A stretch of 64,000 nt of DNA from the NCBI GenBank assembly GCA_039812725.1, contig JBDIBD010000001.1, positions 3,550 to 67,549 on the forward strand. Reading direction: 5' to 3'. Within the stretch, counting starts at the first letter, position 1, and each line of letters opens with the position of its first letter. This DNA is from Vicinamibacteria bacterium (GTDB lineage: Bacteria > Acidobacteriota > Vicinamibacteria > Fen-336). The notes below the pieces were generated by a model that did not search any database, was not told the DNA's origin, and saw only the letters and a program-made list of their open reading frames with translations. The position numbers and the translations under genes were made by a program. Of the stretch, positions 1 through 9,985 are shown in pieces.

Positions 1-2040
1 GAACTGCAGATACTCGTACCAGCGCAGGCCGTGCTGAGCTGGTGTCTTGCCGAACATATTGCGCTCGGACAAGCTGGTTCGGTATGGCCAGAGAAACCGT
101 GCCAGCCCGTCCCTGGCCACTAGGGCCGGGAGCGTCCCGCTTCCCTCCTCGTATGGGAATAGGACCATCGCGTCCGGTACGACCATCCAGTCACGAACGA
201 GATCCCCAACGACCATGGGTCGCGCCGGCAGTCCGCGGATGTGAGCCAGTCGCTGGCCCAACACGAAGAAGTCGTCCTCACCCGTGATGGCCATAAACCC
301 GATCGACTCGACGTAGTCGCTGAGTCGTGCACACGCCTTTTCGTCAAGGAGGGTCTTCAGCTCTGCCGCGCCACCGCCACCAAGACTCCATGGGTGCTTC
401 TCTAGGGCAGCACGGGCAACATCGGTGACGCTCACGTAGGCATTGGCGGAGTGTGGTTGGTCCAGCTGGCCGAGAATCGAGCTCCAGACCCGCCCGCATC
501 TAGGATCTTCAGGCGTCGCCGGTTCACCCTTAATCCCCATGACCGCTCGAATTGTCATGCTCTGTGGCCGCTGGTGCCGGCCGAAGATGATCACGGTCGG
601 AGTACCGTGGCCCGGGATGTAGGCTCCTGATGTGTCGATGACGTGCGTGAGGTCCCAGCGTGGGATGTACTCCTCGATTAGCTTCCTGCCGAACTCGCGC
701 TTCATGAAGCTGTTCGAGGTGATCATTCCGACAAACCCAGCCTGGTCACCGGGGGAATTGAGGCCATCGCCCATGGCAAGGGCCAACTCAAAGAAGCGCT
801 CCATGAAGGGAACAGCAAGGGAGTACTTCATGTGGCAGGATCCATACCGGTCTCGATACGCCTCGCTCTGGGCGCGGTCCTTTGCCACGATATATGGTGG
901 GTTACCGACGACGGCGTGATACTGGCGACTGAGCAGGCGGCCGACCGCCTCACCGTCCTCGCTGGCGTAGAAGTGCTCCAGACGGTCCTCGCCAATCAGC
1001 TTCCTCTGGACGCCAGGCTCGGCCCGACGCGAGGTGCCAATTTGCCAGCGTGTGCCGTGCAGGAGCGAGTCTCCGGTCGCCAGCTGGATACGGAAGGCTG
1101 GCGCGTCCTTGAGCCGCTCGGTTCCCGACGCACGCAACGCCGCCACAAGGAGTCGGAACCGCGCGATGGCGACCGCGAAAGGGTTCAGGTCTACACCGCA
1201 CACGGCGTCAAGCACCCGCTGAGCTAGTTCTCGGGAGTTTGTTCCGGGCTCGTGCTTTGCCCAGAGATCGAGCAAACGAACAAACGCACCCAGCAGGAAG
1301 TGCCCCGACCCACAGGTCGGGTCGATGAGCCGCACCTCCCGCCACCCGAACGCCTCGATAGCTGGGGTCAGCGTCCGATCGAGGATGAACTCCTCGACGA
1401 ACTCGGGCGTCTGCAGGAGGGCGTACTTCTTCCGCGCTGCCTCGGACAGGTCCTGGTACAGGTCCCCCAGGAACCGGGTGTTCCACTCCGGGTCCGTGAA
1501 GTCATGGACCAGCTCCCCGCTCGACGGCTCGATCCGCTGCCAGAAGCCCATCAGGGCCCCAGCCCCGTCGCCAGTCGGGCCCAGCCGCCAGAGGGGGTTG
1601 TGCGCCTTGTCGTACAGCGCCCCGCCGGCCGGGAGCGCGGCCACCTGCTCGAACACGTCCAGCAGGTACTCGCGGTCGGTCTCGCTGGGGTGCTTCTGGA
1701 AGTACACCGTGCGCCGGTCCGAGGCCAGTTGCCGGCGCGCGCCCGGACCGGACAGGTACGGTGCCTCGGCCGCGTCCCGGGGATGGGCGATGAGGCCGTT
1801 GTCCTCCAGGAACCGCACGAACACGCAGCCCAGGATCCAGTGCACGGCCGACTGGGTGATGAGGTCGTCGCGCCACTCCTCGTAGGCCTGGGCCGTGCGC
1901 GAGCGCTGCTTGGCCTGGGCGAACTCGGCCCGCAGGGGCTGGTCGACCTCGGACTGGCTCTCACACCGGCCGCGCATGTCGTCCTCGAGCAAGCGAAGCA
2001 GGGGGGTGAGGTCTTCGAGGAGCCGGGCGGCGTCGATCAT
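1..2040 (-). CDS. pglX: BREX type 2 PglX N6-adenine DNA methyltransferase, partial (C-terminus lies beyond window start)
   Basis: Manual translation of minus strand from ATG at 2038-2040 gives MIDAARLLEDL... with DPTCGSGHFL (SAM-binding) and VVGNPPYI (NPPY catalytic) motifs; RBS GAGGA 7 nt upstream; directly downstream of pglW. Absent from ORF track because no stop in window. Confidence 0.8.
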   Translation of the reverse strand, partial: MIDAARLLEDLTPLLRLLEDDMRGRCESQSEVDQPLRAEFAQAKQRSRTAQAYEEWRDDLITQSAVHWILGCVFVRFLEDNGLIAHPRDAAEAPYLSGPGARRQLASDRRTVYFQKHPSETDREYLLDVFEQVAALPAGGALYDKAHNPLWRLGPTGDGAGALMGFWQRIEPSSGELVHDFTDPEWNTRFLGDLYQDLSEAARKKYALLQTPEFVEEFILDRTLTPAIEAFGWREVRLIDPTCGSGHFLLGAFVRLLDLWAKHEPGTNSRELAQRVLDAVCGVDLNPFAVAIARFRLLVAALRASGTERLKDAPAFRIQLATGDSLLHGTRWQIGTSRRAEPGVQRKLIGEDRLEHFYASEDGEAVGRLLSRQYHAVVGNPPYIVAKDRAQSEAYRDRYGSCHMKYSLAVPFMERFFELALAMGDGLNSPGDQAGFVGMITSNSFMKREFGRKLIEEYIPRWDLTHVIDTSGAYIPGHGTPTVIIFGRHQRPQSMTIRAVMGIKGEPATPEDPRCGRVWSSILGQLDQPHSANAYVSVTDVARAALEKHPWSLGGGGAAELKTLLDEKACARLSDYVESIGFMAITGEDDFFVLGQRLAHIRGLPARPMVVGDLVRDWMVVPDAMVLFPYEEGSGTLPALVARDGLARFLWPYRTSLSERNMFGKTPAQHGLRWYEYLQF

Positions 2041-2047
2041 GGTTTCC

Positions 2048-5000
2048 TCAGGCGGCCGGGGGCGCCCCGGCGCGGTGGACGCTGTGCAGCCATCCGTCGG
2101 GGATGCGGGCGCACTCGCCTGTGGTCAGGACGGGAATGGCTTTGCCGTCCAGGACCGGCAGGGCCTGCTGGCCGTCCGAAGCCAGCAGGACCCAGACGGT
2201 GGGTACGCGGCCGGCGTGGCCAGCCACGTCGCGTAGGCGCGTCAACAGGCCGACCTGGTCATAGCGCGCCAGGAGGCTGGCGCGGACCAGGAGGGTGGGC
2301 TGCTGGGCCGCGGCCAGGTCTTGTTCGATGGGCCCCACGGCGCGGGCGACGAGCAGCATGAGGTTGCGCCACTCGGCGCTGGCGGCCCCGGCGGCATCGG
2401 CCCGCCGGACGACGTCCCACTCGGCGCCGGCCTCGGCCGCGGTCTGGCGCATCTGCTCGATCAGGCGCTCCTCCAGGCTGTGGCGCTGCACCGGGAAGTC
2501 GGCCAGGAGTTGCTTCTCGGCCTGGCGGAGGTGTCGCGGCTCGACGGTGAGGGCCAGGAAGCCGCCGCGCTTGAGCGAGTGCTGCAGGCGCTCGTGGAAC
2601 TGGCGCGCCTCGGCGGCCTCGGGGTTGGGCTGGCCGGGCGGTCCCACGGGCCCGATGGGCGTGAGAAGGGTCGGCGTGAAGCTGACGCTGTGGAAGTCCC
2701 TGAGCGGAGTTCGATAGGCGCCCTGTCCGCCGAGCGCGGCGGGGTTCCACGTCAGTCCCAGGCCGGCGTCGCGCAGCAGCCCGTCGAGATTGGGCCGGGC
2801 CGGCAGGGGCTGGGCCTCGGGATAGCGGCTGCGCACGCGCTCCGCCAGCTCTTCGACGGCGAGCTGCGGCACCAGCAGGGCCTGCTGGGCGAGCTTGAGG
2901 GCCCGCAGGGCGTCCATCTGGCGCGGGTAGATCTCCAGGCGGCTGGAGAGCGCGGCCTTGCTCGAGGCGGCCACGGCCAGGGGCGCCAGGCGCGACTGGC
3001 TGAGGGGCGTCACGCCCGCGGGCGTCTTGAGCGCTTCCAGCGACTCGAGCACCCGCGCCGGGGAGGCCAGGGGCTCCAGTGCTGCCAGCCGATCGGCAAC
3101 CTCCCCGAGCCGCCCGGCGTAGTCGGCCAGGTCGGGGCTGGACGCCACCAGGACGACGTCACCTGAGCGGCTGAGGCCGAAGCGGGGCGTCTCCTGGCTC
3201 TGCTCGGCCTCCACCACGGCCCGGGCGACGGCCGAGGCCACCTGGGAGCGCCGCGGCTCGGCCTCGGCCGATCCGCGGACGGTCAGGATGGCGGCCACCA
3301 GCTCTGCGGCGCTGACCACGCCGCCCTGGGAGTCGATGAACTGCGCGATCTCGTCCCCTAGGCTGGAGAGCGCCGGCTGGCGCGCCCACCGGATTCGGGC
3401 CTTGGCGATGATCTGCCCCACCCGGGCGCGGGTGACACTCAGGCGACGGGCCACGTCGGTCTGGCTGGTCCAACTGCCCCGGGGCTTGCGGCTCTCGTCG
3501 AGGCCCAGGAGGGCCTGCAGGCCGCGGGTCTCGGAGGTGTCGGCCCCGCGGCGCGGCTTGGGGACGAGCTTGCCCACGATGAGGTCCAGGCTCTGGACGT
3601 TCGCGGGCAGGCAGTCCTCGTCCTCCGTCGCCGGAGCGCTGGGGGCGCCCGTGCGCGGGTGGTCGGGGAAGCGCGCCGCCAGTTGTGTGATGGCGTCGGC
3701 CAGCTCGCGGCGGGTCTTATGGCCCACCCCGCGCATGTGATAGATGGCCGAGCTGGGCACCGAGAGCAGGCCGCTCACGGTGGTGACGTTCACGCGCTCG
3801 AGGGCGTTGAGGGCCCGGGTCCCGAGGCCCAGGATGGACAGGGGCGTGTCGAGCCGGGCCTGGGCCAGGGCCTCGGGGCTGATGGCCGGCCAGGCCTCCC
3901 CCTCCACGGTCGGCTGGGGCCGGCGCACGCTGGCCGTGAACACCTGCTGCCAGGCCCGCAGCATCTCCTCCGCATTGCCGAAGCGTTGCTGCCAGTCGCG
4001 CCGCAGGGCGCGCTGGAAGAAGACCAGCAGCCCGTCGCGCAGATCCGGGTCGAAGCGCTCGGCGTCGAGCGCGGCCTCGTCGTCGATGACCGCGGGGTCG
4101 CTGTGGCCGTCGCCCCAGCGCGGCAGGGTGCCCGTGGCCATCTCGTAGAGGGTCATGGCCGCGGCGAAGCGCTCGGCGTGGAGGTCCCAACGCGCCGGCC
4201 GGCGCAGGGACAGGAACGGGTCGAGGTATGGCACGGTGCCGGCCCGGATGTTCTCGGCGGGCGTGCGCGAGAGGGAGAAGTCGAACAGGACCAGATGCAG
4301 GCGGTCGCCCCGGCCGACGGGGCTGATGCCGATGTTGTCGGGCTTCACGTCGCGGTGCGGGATGCCCTTCTGCTCGAGCCAGTCGATGGTCTGCAGCAGG
4401 TCCTCGCCAAAGCGCTGGAGGAGGTCCACGTGCAGGGGGCCCTCGCGGCGGAGGCGCTGGCCCAGGGTCTCGTCGCCAGCCTTGTCGAGCACCAGCGCCA
4501 GCCGGCCGCCGATCTCCTCGAGGCCCCGATAGCCACAGACGTGCTGGTGTGTCAGGGCGTTGAGCGCCTCGGCCTCAGCCCGCAAGCGGTCGTGCTGCTC
4601 GGGGTTCAGGGCCACCTTCAGGACGCACTCGCGTCCTTCCTCTTCGACGAGGAGCGCCACCGCGGTGGCCCCCTTGCCCAGGCGCCTCTTCACCTTGAAG
4701 CGGCCGAGCTGGTCGCCAGCCTTGGCCTCGAGCGGGTCGAGCTGCTCGACGGCCTCGGGACGCGTGAGCTCCTCCTCGAACTGGTCGAGCCCTCCGAGGA
4801 ACTCGGCCACGGATTCGAGGCGGCTGGTGACCGACGGGCTGGTGCTGGTGAGCACCAGGAGCTGGAGCGCCTCGGCCGCACCGTCGAGCACGGAGGCCAG
4901 GCGCAGGCCGTCGCCTTCGCGCAGCTTCTCCACCAGCTCGACCGCGGACTTGGCCGGCGGCGTGCCGGAAAAGAGCAGGTGCGCGAGAGCCCCCAGCGAG

Positions 5001-6229
5001 AAGACGTCGAGCGCCTCGGGGTCGGCGTTCAGGTCAGTGAAGGCCTCGGGGGCCATGTATACGCGGGCCGCGTCCTCGACCAGCTCGCCCAGGTGGGTGG
5101 TGCCGGTGGAGCTGCGGCCCGTGGCCTCGCGCCGCGCCGACTGCCAGTTGAAGACCTGCACGCGAGGCTGCGGCGCCTCCGGGTCGACGACCAGGATGCT
5201 CTGGGGCGAGAGAGAGCGGTGATACAGCTTGTGCCGGTGGGCGTGCTGGATCGCCTCGGCCACCTGGCGCAGGAGCTGGAGGCGCACGTCGAGGCTCAGC
5301 CGCTCGCCCCGCTCGCGGAGGAAGTGGTCGAGCCGCAGCGAGCCCGGCGAGTGCTCGAACACCAGAGCGGGGCCGCGCTCGTGGTCGCGATAGTCGACGG
5401 CCTTGAGGATCCCGGCGTGCTGGATGCCCTCGAGGATCTGGAACTCGCGCTGGGCCGCCCGGCGGAGCTGCTCACGGCTGCTGGCGCTCTCGGCCCGGGC
5501 CAGCGGATAGAGACGGATGCGGCGGCGGACCTTGGGGAGCGAGACGTGGCCCGCCTCCCAGTCCTGGAAGCCCTGCCCCTCCCCGAGCAGCTTCTCGAGG
5601 ACGTAGTCCCCCACCCGGCGCGAGGCCTCGTGGGGTCGGATGCCGGCCTGGTCCATGGCCTGGTGAAGCAGGCGGGCCACGGTGCGGTCGATCATGCCTC
5701 TCCCGAGCGGGGCGCCCTCGGTCAGCACGGAGACGATCCCCGGCGGGTCGCCGGGCTGGGGCTGCGGCCGATCCCGCAGGTGGACGGACAGGCGCGTCCT
5801 GGCGTCGAGCTGGCAGCGCAGGCCCGCGGCCGAGAGGAACACCCGGGCCTCGACGAACGGCGGCCGCCCCCGGCTGAAGGCCCGCATCCCCCGCAGGAGG
5901 GAGGCGAGCCGCTTGGCCTTGCTGTTGGCGAGAAACGTCGGGTTGTCCAGGGTGATCCGGCGTCCCTCGTGGGTCCAGGTCCACGTTCCGGCGTCGCCCT
6001 CGACGACGCCCGGCCGGCTCTTGATCTCGATCAGGAACAGCCCGCGGGGGGTCAGGACCAGCAGGTCCACTTCGTTGATCGAGCCGTCCTCGCCGATGAA
6101 CTCGAAGTTCGACCACGCCAGGTAGGGGTCGCGGTCGGGTAGCCGCTCGCGCACGAACTCAAGCGCCTCCCGCTCCCAGGGGTACTGGGACGGCGTGACT
6201 TCCTTCCAGCGGGGTGAGTCGGCCTTCAT
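2048..6229 (-). CDS. pglW: PglW-like BREX type 2 protein: N-terminal NERD domain, pseudokinase-like domain, Ser/Thr protein kinase domain (HRDVKPDNI), C-terminal RNAP alpha-CTD-like HhH region
   Basis: 1393-aa ORF; NERD-like FEFIGEDGSINEVDLLVLTPRGLFLIEIK; kinase catalytic loop HRDVKPDN; GxGxxA glycine loop LGKGATAVA; HhH LGTRALNALERVNVTTVSGL; gene order pglW-pglX as in Streptomyces Pgl. Confidence 0.85.
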   Translation of the reverse strand: MKADSPRWKEVTPSQYPWEREALEFVRERLPDRDPYLAWSNFEFIGEDGSINEVDLLVLTPRGLFLIEIKSRPGVVEGDAGTWTWTHEGRRITLDNPTFLANSKAKRLASLLRGMRAFSRGRPPFVEARVFLSAAGLRCQLDARTRLSVHLRDRPQPQPGDPPGIVSVLTEGAPLGRGMIDRTVARLLHQAMDQAGIRPHEASRRVGDYVLEKLLGEGQGFQDWEAGHVSLPKVRRRIRLYPLARAESASSREQLRRAAQREFQILEGIQHAGILKAVDYRDHERGPALVFEHSPGSLRLDHFLRERGERLSLDVRLQLLRQVAEAIQHAHRHKLYHRSLSPQSILVVDPEAPQPRVQVFNWQSARREATGRSSTGTTHLGELVEDAARVYMAPEAFTDLNADPEALDVFSLGALAHLLFSGTPPAKSAVELVEKLREGDGLRLASVLDGAAEALQLLVLTSTSPSVTSRLESVAEFLGGLDQFEEELTRPEAVEQLDPLEAKAGDQLGRFKVKRRLGKGATAVALLVEEEGRECVLKVALNPEQHDRLRAEAEALNALTHQHVCGYRGLEEIGGRLALVLDKAGDETLGQRLRREGPLHVDLLQRFGEDLLQTIDWLEQKGIPHRDVKPDNIGISPVGRGDRLHLVLFDFSLSRTPAENIRAGTVPYLDPFLSLRRPARWDLHAERFAAAMTLYEMATGTLPRWGDGHSDPAVIDDEAALDAERFDPDLRDGLLVFFQRALRRDWQQRFGNAEEMLRAWQQVFTASVRRPQPTVEGEAWPAISPEALAQARLDTPLSILGLGTRALNALERVNVTTVSGLLSVPSSAIYHMRGVGHKTRRELADAITQLAARFPDHPRTGAPSAPATEDEDCLPANVQSLDLIVGKLVPKPRRGADTSETRGLQALLGLDESRKPRGSWTSQTDVARRLSVTRARVGQIIAKARIRWARQPALSSLGDEIAQFIDSQGGVVSAAELVAAILTVRGSAEAEPRRSQVASAVARAVVEAEQSQETPRFGLSRSGDVVLVASSPDLADYAGRLGEVADRLAALEPLASPARVLESLEALKTPAGVTPLSQSRLAPLAVAASSKAALSSRLEIYPRQMDALRALKLAQQALLVPQLAVEELAERVRSRYPEAQPLPARPNLDGLLRDAGLGLTWNPAALGGQGAYRTPLRDFHSVSFTPTLLTPIGPVGPPGQPNPEAAEARQFHERLQHSLKRGGFLALTVEPRHLRQAEKQLLADFPVQRHSLEERLIEQMRQTAAEAGAEWDVVRRADAAGAASAEWRNLMLLVARAVGPIEQDLAAAQQPTLLVRASLLARYDQVGLLTRLRDVAGHAGRVPTVWVLLASDGQQALPVLDGKAIPVLTTGECARIPDGWLHSVHRAGAPPAA

Positions 6230-6305
6230 TCCCTGGCCTGCCTCCGGGATGCAGTTCCTGACGGATGGTCGTGGGGGTGATTTTACGGGGGCGGAGGCCT
6301 CGGTG

Positions 6306-6875
6306 CTATCGGCCCGCCCGGGCCAGGTCGCGATGCCAGTTGAGGAAGCGGGGCCCCGTGACGACCCTGGCGCGGATGGCCTCGTCGAACAGGCCGGCGA
6401 GCCCGTCCCAGGGCTCGACCGATGCCGGAAGAAGCGTCCACCGGAGCTCGTCCAGAAGCCAGTGCCCCTTGATGTCCTGGCACCGGTAGCAGGCCGTCAC
6501 CAGGTTGGCCGCGTCGCCCGACCCGCCTCTTGACCGTGGCGTGATGTGGTCGGCGGAGGCCGTCAGGTCCCAGACCAGCGGGTGCGTCGAGTCCCTCTTC
6601 CAGTTGGGGTGGATCGGAATCAAGTCGGGGAAACGGGCGCTCAACAAGGGGAGGACCGGCGGGAAGAGAGTCCTCCGGCCGCAGTAGCGGCAGGTGAAGT
6701 TGTCGCGCCGGAAGACCTCGATCTGGAGGCGCCTGGGCGCCGGCCTGGCGGCCGGCAGTTCCTCTGGCCGCCAAGCTACCGGCGTCAAGGCCCGCCGACC
6801 AGCTGCATCGTCGCCTCGCAAGAGGGCCTTCAGCGCGGCCTCGACGCTGCCCAACGACTCGCTCGAGCCGGTCAT
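6306..6875 (-). CDS. HNH endonuclease family protein
   Basis: 189 aa; CRYCGRRT...ADHITPRSRGG...NLVTACYRCQ matches HNH/zinc-finger nuclease layout; 76 bp upstream of pglW on same strand. Confidence 0.7.
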   Translation of the reverse strand: MTGSSESLGSVEAALKALLRGDDAAGRRALTPVAWRPEELPAARPAPRRLQIEVFRRDNFTCRYCGRRTLFPPVLPLLSARFPDLIPIHPNWKRDSTHPLVWDLTASADHITPRSRGGSGDAANLVTACYRCQDIKGHWLLDELRWTLLPASVEPWDGLAGLFDEAIRARVVTGPRFLNWHRDLARAGR

Positions 6876-7090
6876 GTCTGCGGCCCCCCGCGCACGCCAA
6901 ACGGCAGAACCGTCAGTTTCGTCAGTGCAGCCGCGCCCATGCGTGACCTGCCCCTCCCTTCCTCTCCTATGGCCACTTCAGACCCTTCGGTCTCAAACAT
7001 ACAATGCAGCCGGTCCCGCGTAGTCGTGGCCCGGACGGGACGAGCGTCGCGCAGTCACCCTGCGTGGCCAAGCTGGAGGGAGACCCGATC

Positions 7091-9283
7091 ATGGAAACAC
7101 TGGTGCGCACCCCCCAGACCGTCTTCATGCAGCCCCAGCGGCTCATGGTCCCTCTGTTCCAGCGGCCCTACGTCTGGAACGAGGACGATCAGTGGGAGCC
7201 GCTCTGGAACGACGTGGTTCGTGTGGCCAACAGGCTGCTGGCCGGGCCGCACACCCGACTTCAGTCGCACTTTCTTGGTGCCGTGGTGCTGCAGCAGGTT
7301 CAGCGGCAGATCGGCCTGATGCAGGAACGCACCATCATCGACGGGCAGCAGCGGCTGACCACGCTGCAGCTCTTCATGGATGCCCTCCACGCCGAGCTGC
7401 TCGCCGCGGGCCAACAGCCTCCTGCCCTGCGGCTCGAGCCGCTCGTCACCAATGCCCAAGCCTTCTGCGCCAAGCCCGAGGACCGCTTCAAAGTCTGGCC
7501 GACGAACCGGGATCGGCCGGCCTTCAACGCCGTCATGAGCGCCACGCCGCCGGTGGATCACGACGCCCTCGGCCACTCCGGTGCCCGGATGGTCGAGGCG
7601 CATCGGTTCTTCAGCGAGCAAGTCCGTGCTTGGCTCTCCTCCGCCGGTCCTGACGGAGTGGAGGCGCGAGCGCTGGCGATCGAGACCGTCGTGCGCGACC
7701 ACCTCCAGATGGTCGTGATCGACCTGGGCGTCGATGAGAACGCCCAGGAGATCTTCGAGACGCTGAACGCGCGAGGGGCACGCCTCACCGCGGCCGACCT
7801 CATCAAGAATTTCGTCTTCCAGCGGCTCCTCGAGGCCGGCGCGGATGTCGAGCGCGCCTACCAGCGCGACTGGCAGGACTTCGAGACCGGGTTCTGGGAG
7901 ACCGAGATCAGCGTCGGCCGGGTCAAGGAGCCGCGCTCGTCGATCTTCCTCAACCACTGGCTGATCGCCCGTACCGGCGAGGAGATCGTCGCGCGCGAGG
8001 TCTTCACCCGCTTCAAGAGCTTCGCGTCGTTCGATGCCGGCCTCCCCATGGAGGCCCTGCTCCAGCAGGTCCAGCGGGCGGCAACGGTCTATCGTCGCTT
8101 CGTCACGAGCGCTTCCACCCTGACCGGCCCGGTGGACCGCCTCGGGCTCTTCGGCTACCGCACGGGCATCCTGGAGAGCGAGGTCATCAAGCCGCTCGTG
8201 ATGCACCTCCTCGATCCCGAGGAGGCCCCAGTCCCGGAGGAACAGCTCTACGGCGCTCTCGACGCCGTGGAGGCCTGGATGGTGCGACGGATGCTCGTTC
8301 GCGCTACGACCAAGAACTACAACCAGGTCGTCGCCGAGCTCATCAGGGAGCTGCGCGCCTCTGCCCGGACGCAAGCGGGGACCGTGGTGGTGCGGTATCT
8401 GGCGCGCCAGACGAGCGCGAGCCGCTACTGGCCGGACGACGAGGAGGTGCTGGGCGAGCTGAGGACGCTCTTGGCGTATCGGCGCCTCGGACGCGGCCGC
8501 CTCCGCATGGTCCTCGAGGCCGTCGAGGACCACCTGCGTGGCTGGAGGGACGGCGGCGTCGGACTGGGCGGCGAGCGAGTCGCTCGCGGCCAGTACGCCA
8601 TCGAGCACGTCATGCCTCGGAAGTGGGCTGCACACTGGCCAGCCGCCGAGGGGTTCCGGAGCGAGGCCGACCGCGACCAGCTCATCCACACGATCGGAAA
8701 CCTCACACTTCTGACGGGCAAGCTGAACAGCAAGGTCTCGAACGGCCCATGGCTTGGCCCTGACGGGAAACGGCAGGGGCTCGAGGGGCACGATGTCCTC
8801 CTGCTCAACCGCGAGCTTCTGAGAGCCAATCGGGACGCATGGACGGATGCGGCGATCCGTGGGCGGTCGGAGGAACTGGCGAAGCTCATCCTCGCGATCT
8901 GGCCTGCGCCCGCCGGGCATCGTTCCGGTTTCGCGGAGAAGGCCAAGACCCACTCGCGGCACAAGATCCACCTCGCCGACCTCATCAGTGCCGGACTGCT
9001 CGAGGCCGGCATGCCCCTCTATGCACGCCGCAGGCAGTTCGCCGACCGCCTGATCACCCTTCTCCCTGATGGGCGGGTCGACGTCGAAGGCACGGCGTAT
9101 GCCAAGCCGTCCACGGCGGCGACAGCGCTCACTGGTAGGCCGACGAACGGCGTGTGGTTCTTCCTCGTCGATCGCGTCTCCCGCCGCTCCTTGCGGGACG
9201 TGCTCCGCGACTACGTCGACTCACGCGCGGTCGACGCCGAGGATGACGAGGGTGAGGAAGACGGCGACGACGAGGAGGCCTAG
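7091..9283 (+). CDS. GmrSD/BrxU-like type IV restriction endonuclease (N-terminal DUF262 ParB-like NTPase, C-terminal DUF1524 His-Me finger nuclease), acidic C-terminal tail
   Basis: DGQQRLTT motif (DUF262), C-terminal AIEHVMPRKW...IGNLTLLTGKLNSKVSNGPW (DUF1524); ATG at 7091 preceded by GGAGGGAG RBS; track ORF starts earlier at 7004 but lacks RBS. Confidence 0.85.
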   Translation: METLVRTPQTVFMQPQRLMVPLFQRPYVWNEDDQWEPLWNDVVRVANRLLAGPHTRLQSHFLGAVVLQQVQRQIGLMQERTIIDGQQRLTTLQLFMDALHAELLAAGQQPPALRLEPLVTNAQAFCAKPEDRFKVWPTNRDRPAFNAVMSATPPVDHDALGHSGARMVEAHRFFSEQVRAWLSSAGPDGVEARALAIETVVRDHLQMVVIDLGVDENAQEIFETLNARGARLTAADLIKNFVFQRLLEAGADVERAYQRDWQDFETGFWETEISVGRVKEPRSSIFLNHWLIARTGEEIVAREVFTRFKSFASFDAGLPMEALLQQVQRAATVYRRFVTSASTLTGPVDRLGLFGYRTGILESEVIKPLVMHLLDPEEAPVPEEQLYGALDAVEAWMVRRMLVRATTKNYNQVVAELIRELRASARTQAGTVVVRYLARQTSASRYWPDDEEVLGELRTLLAYRRLGRGRLRMVLEAVEDHLRGWRDGGVGLGGERVARGQYAIEHVMPRKWAAHWPAAEGFRSEADRDQLIHTIGNLTLLTGKLNSKVSNGPWLGPDGKRQGLEGHDVLLLNRELLRANRDAWTDAAIRGRSEELAKLILAIWPAPAGHRSGFAEKAKTHSRHKIHLADLISAGLLEAGMPLYARRRQFADRLITLLPDGRVDVEGTAYAKPSTAATALTGRPTNGVWFFLVDRVSRRSLRDVLRDYVDSRAVDAEDDEGEEDGDDEEA

Positions 9284-9370
9284 CAGGGGTCGGCTCCCAT
9301 CTGTGCCAGCCCATGACCCTCACGGGCTCTCGGCTGGGTACTTCAACCTCGGCAGGGCGGAGTGACTCGC

Positions 9371-9880
9371 CTACTCGTGGGTTGCGTGTCCGGGTGGCGG
9401 GAGGGGGATGGTGACATCCCGGCCGATTGTCTTCAGGACGTACCGATAGTCACCGTCGTCAGTTTGGTCGTTCCAACTGATCGGCAGGGCGTCGGGATAG
9501 GTGACGTGGAGCATGTGCAGGTACCAACCTGCGTAGGCCCAGTCTTGGCCATAGCCCAACTGGGCAATCCTCGGGAAGCGCTCGAGGATGACGTCGGCGA
9601 GCTCACTCGGATGAGCGTGAGAGACGTCCTGCCAACCCCAGAATGTCGACCCGGATGCGCTGCTGTACCGCGCGATGGCATCGTCCGGCACGTCCCTCGC
9701 CCACCGCGCCCCGTGCTCCTTGCTGATGTGGCAAGCGGGCAGGATGCTGCAACGCCAAGTTCCGAGGTTGTAGAGAGAGGGCACGATGCGGACACGCTGA
9801 AAGCCCCGCACATGGAGCTCTCCCACGGCCCGGAGGAGCTTCCGGCAACGCCTGATTCCATTCTGTGCGGCCGTAGGCAC
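9371..9880 (-). CDS. hypothetical protein
   Basis: GTG start at 9880 with AGGAGG RBS 4 nt upstream; high GC3; no recognised domain. Confidence 0.45.
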   Translation of the reverse strand: MPTAAQNGIRRCRKLLRAVGELHVRGFQRVRIVPSLYNLGTWRCSILPACHISKEHGARWARDVPDDAIARYSSASGSTFWGWQDVSHAHPSELADVILERFPRIAQLGYGQDWAYAGWYLHMLHVTYPDALPISWNDQTDDGDYRYVLKTIGRDVTIPLPPPGHATHE

Positions 9881-9985
9881 CCCCCTCCTTGCGCGCGAAT
9901 CCGGTCGGCTAGCGACCGAGCCTGAGCGCGTGCAGGCCACTCAGGAGCGCCGTGGGGCGCCTGCGCCGAGACGCCGCTCGCCGCC

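Noticed and set aside
3659-6142. 827-aa plus-strand ORF
   Set aside because: Antisense to pglW; Gly/Arg/Ala-rich low-complexity translation typical of spurious ORFs in ~70% GC DNA; the opposite strand has clear domain homology.
9433-9861. 142-aa minus-strand ORF starting MESGVAGSSS
   Set aside because: Ser/Thr/Cys-rich low-complexity translation; the overlapping frame 9371..9880 has a perfect AGGAGG RBS and coherent composition.
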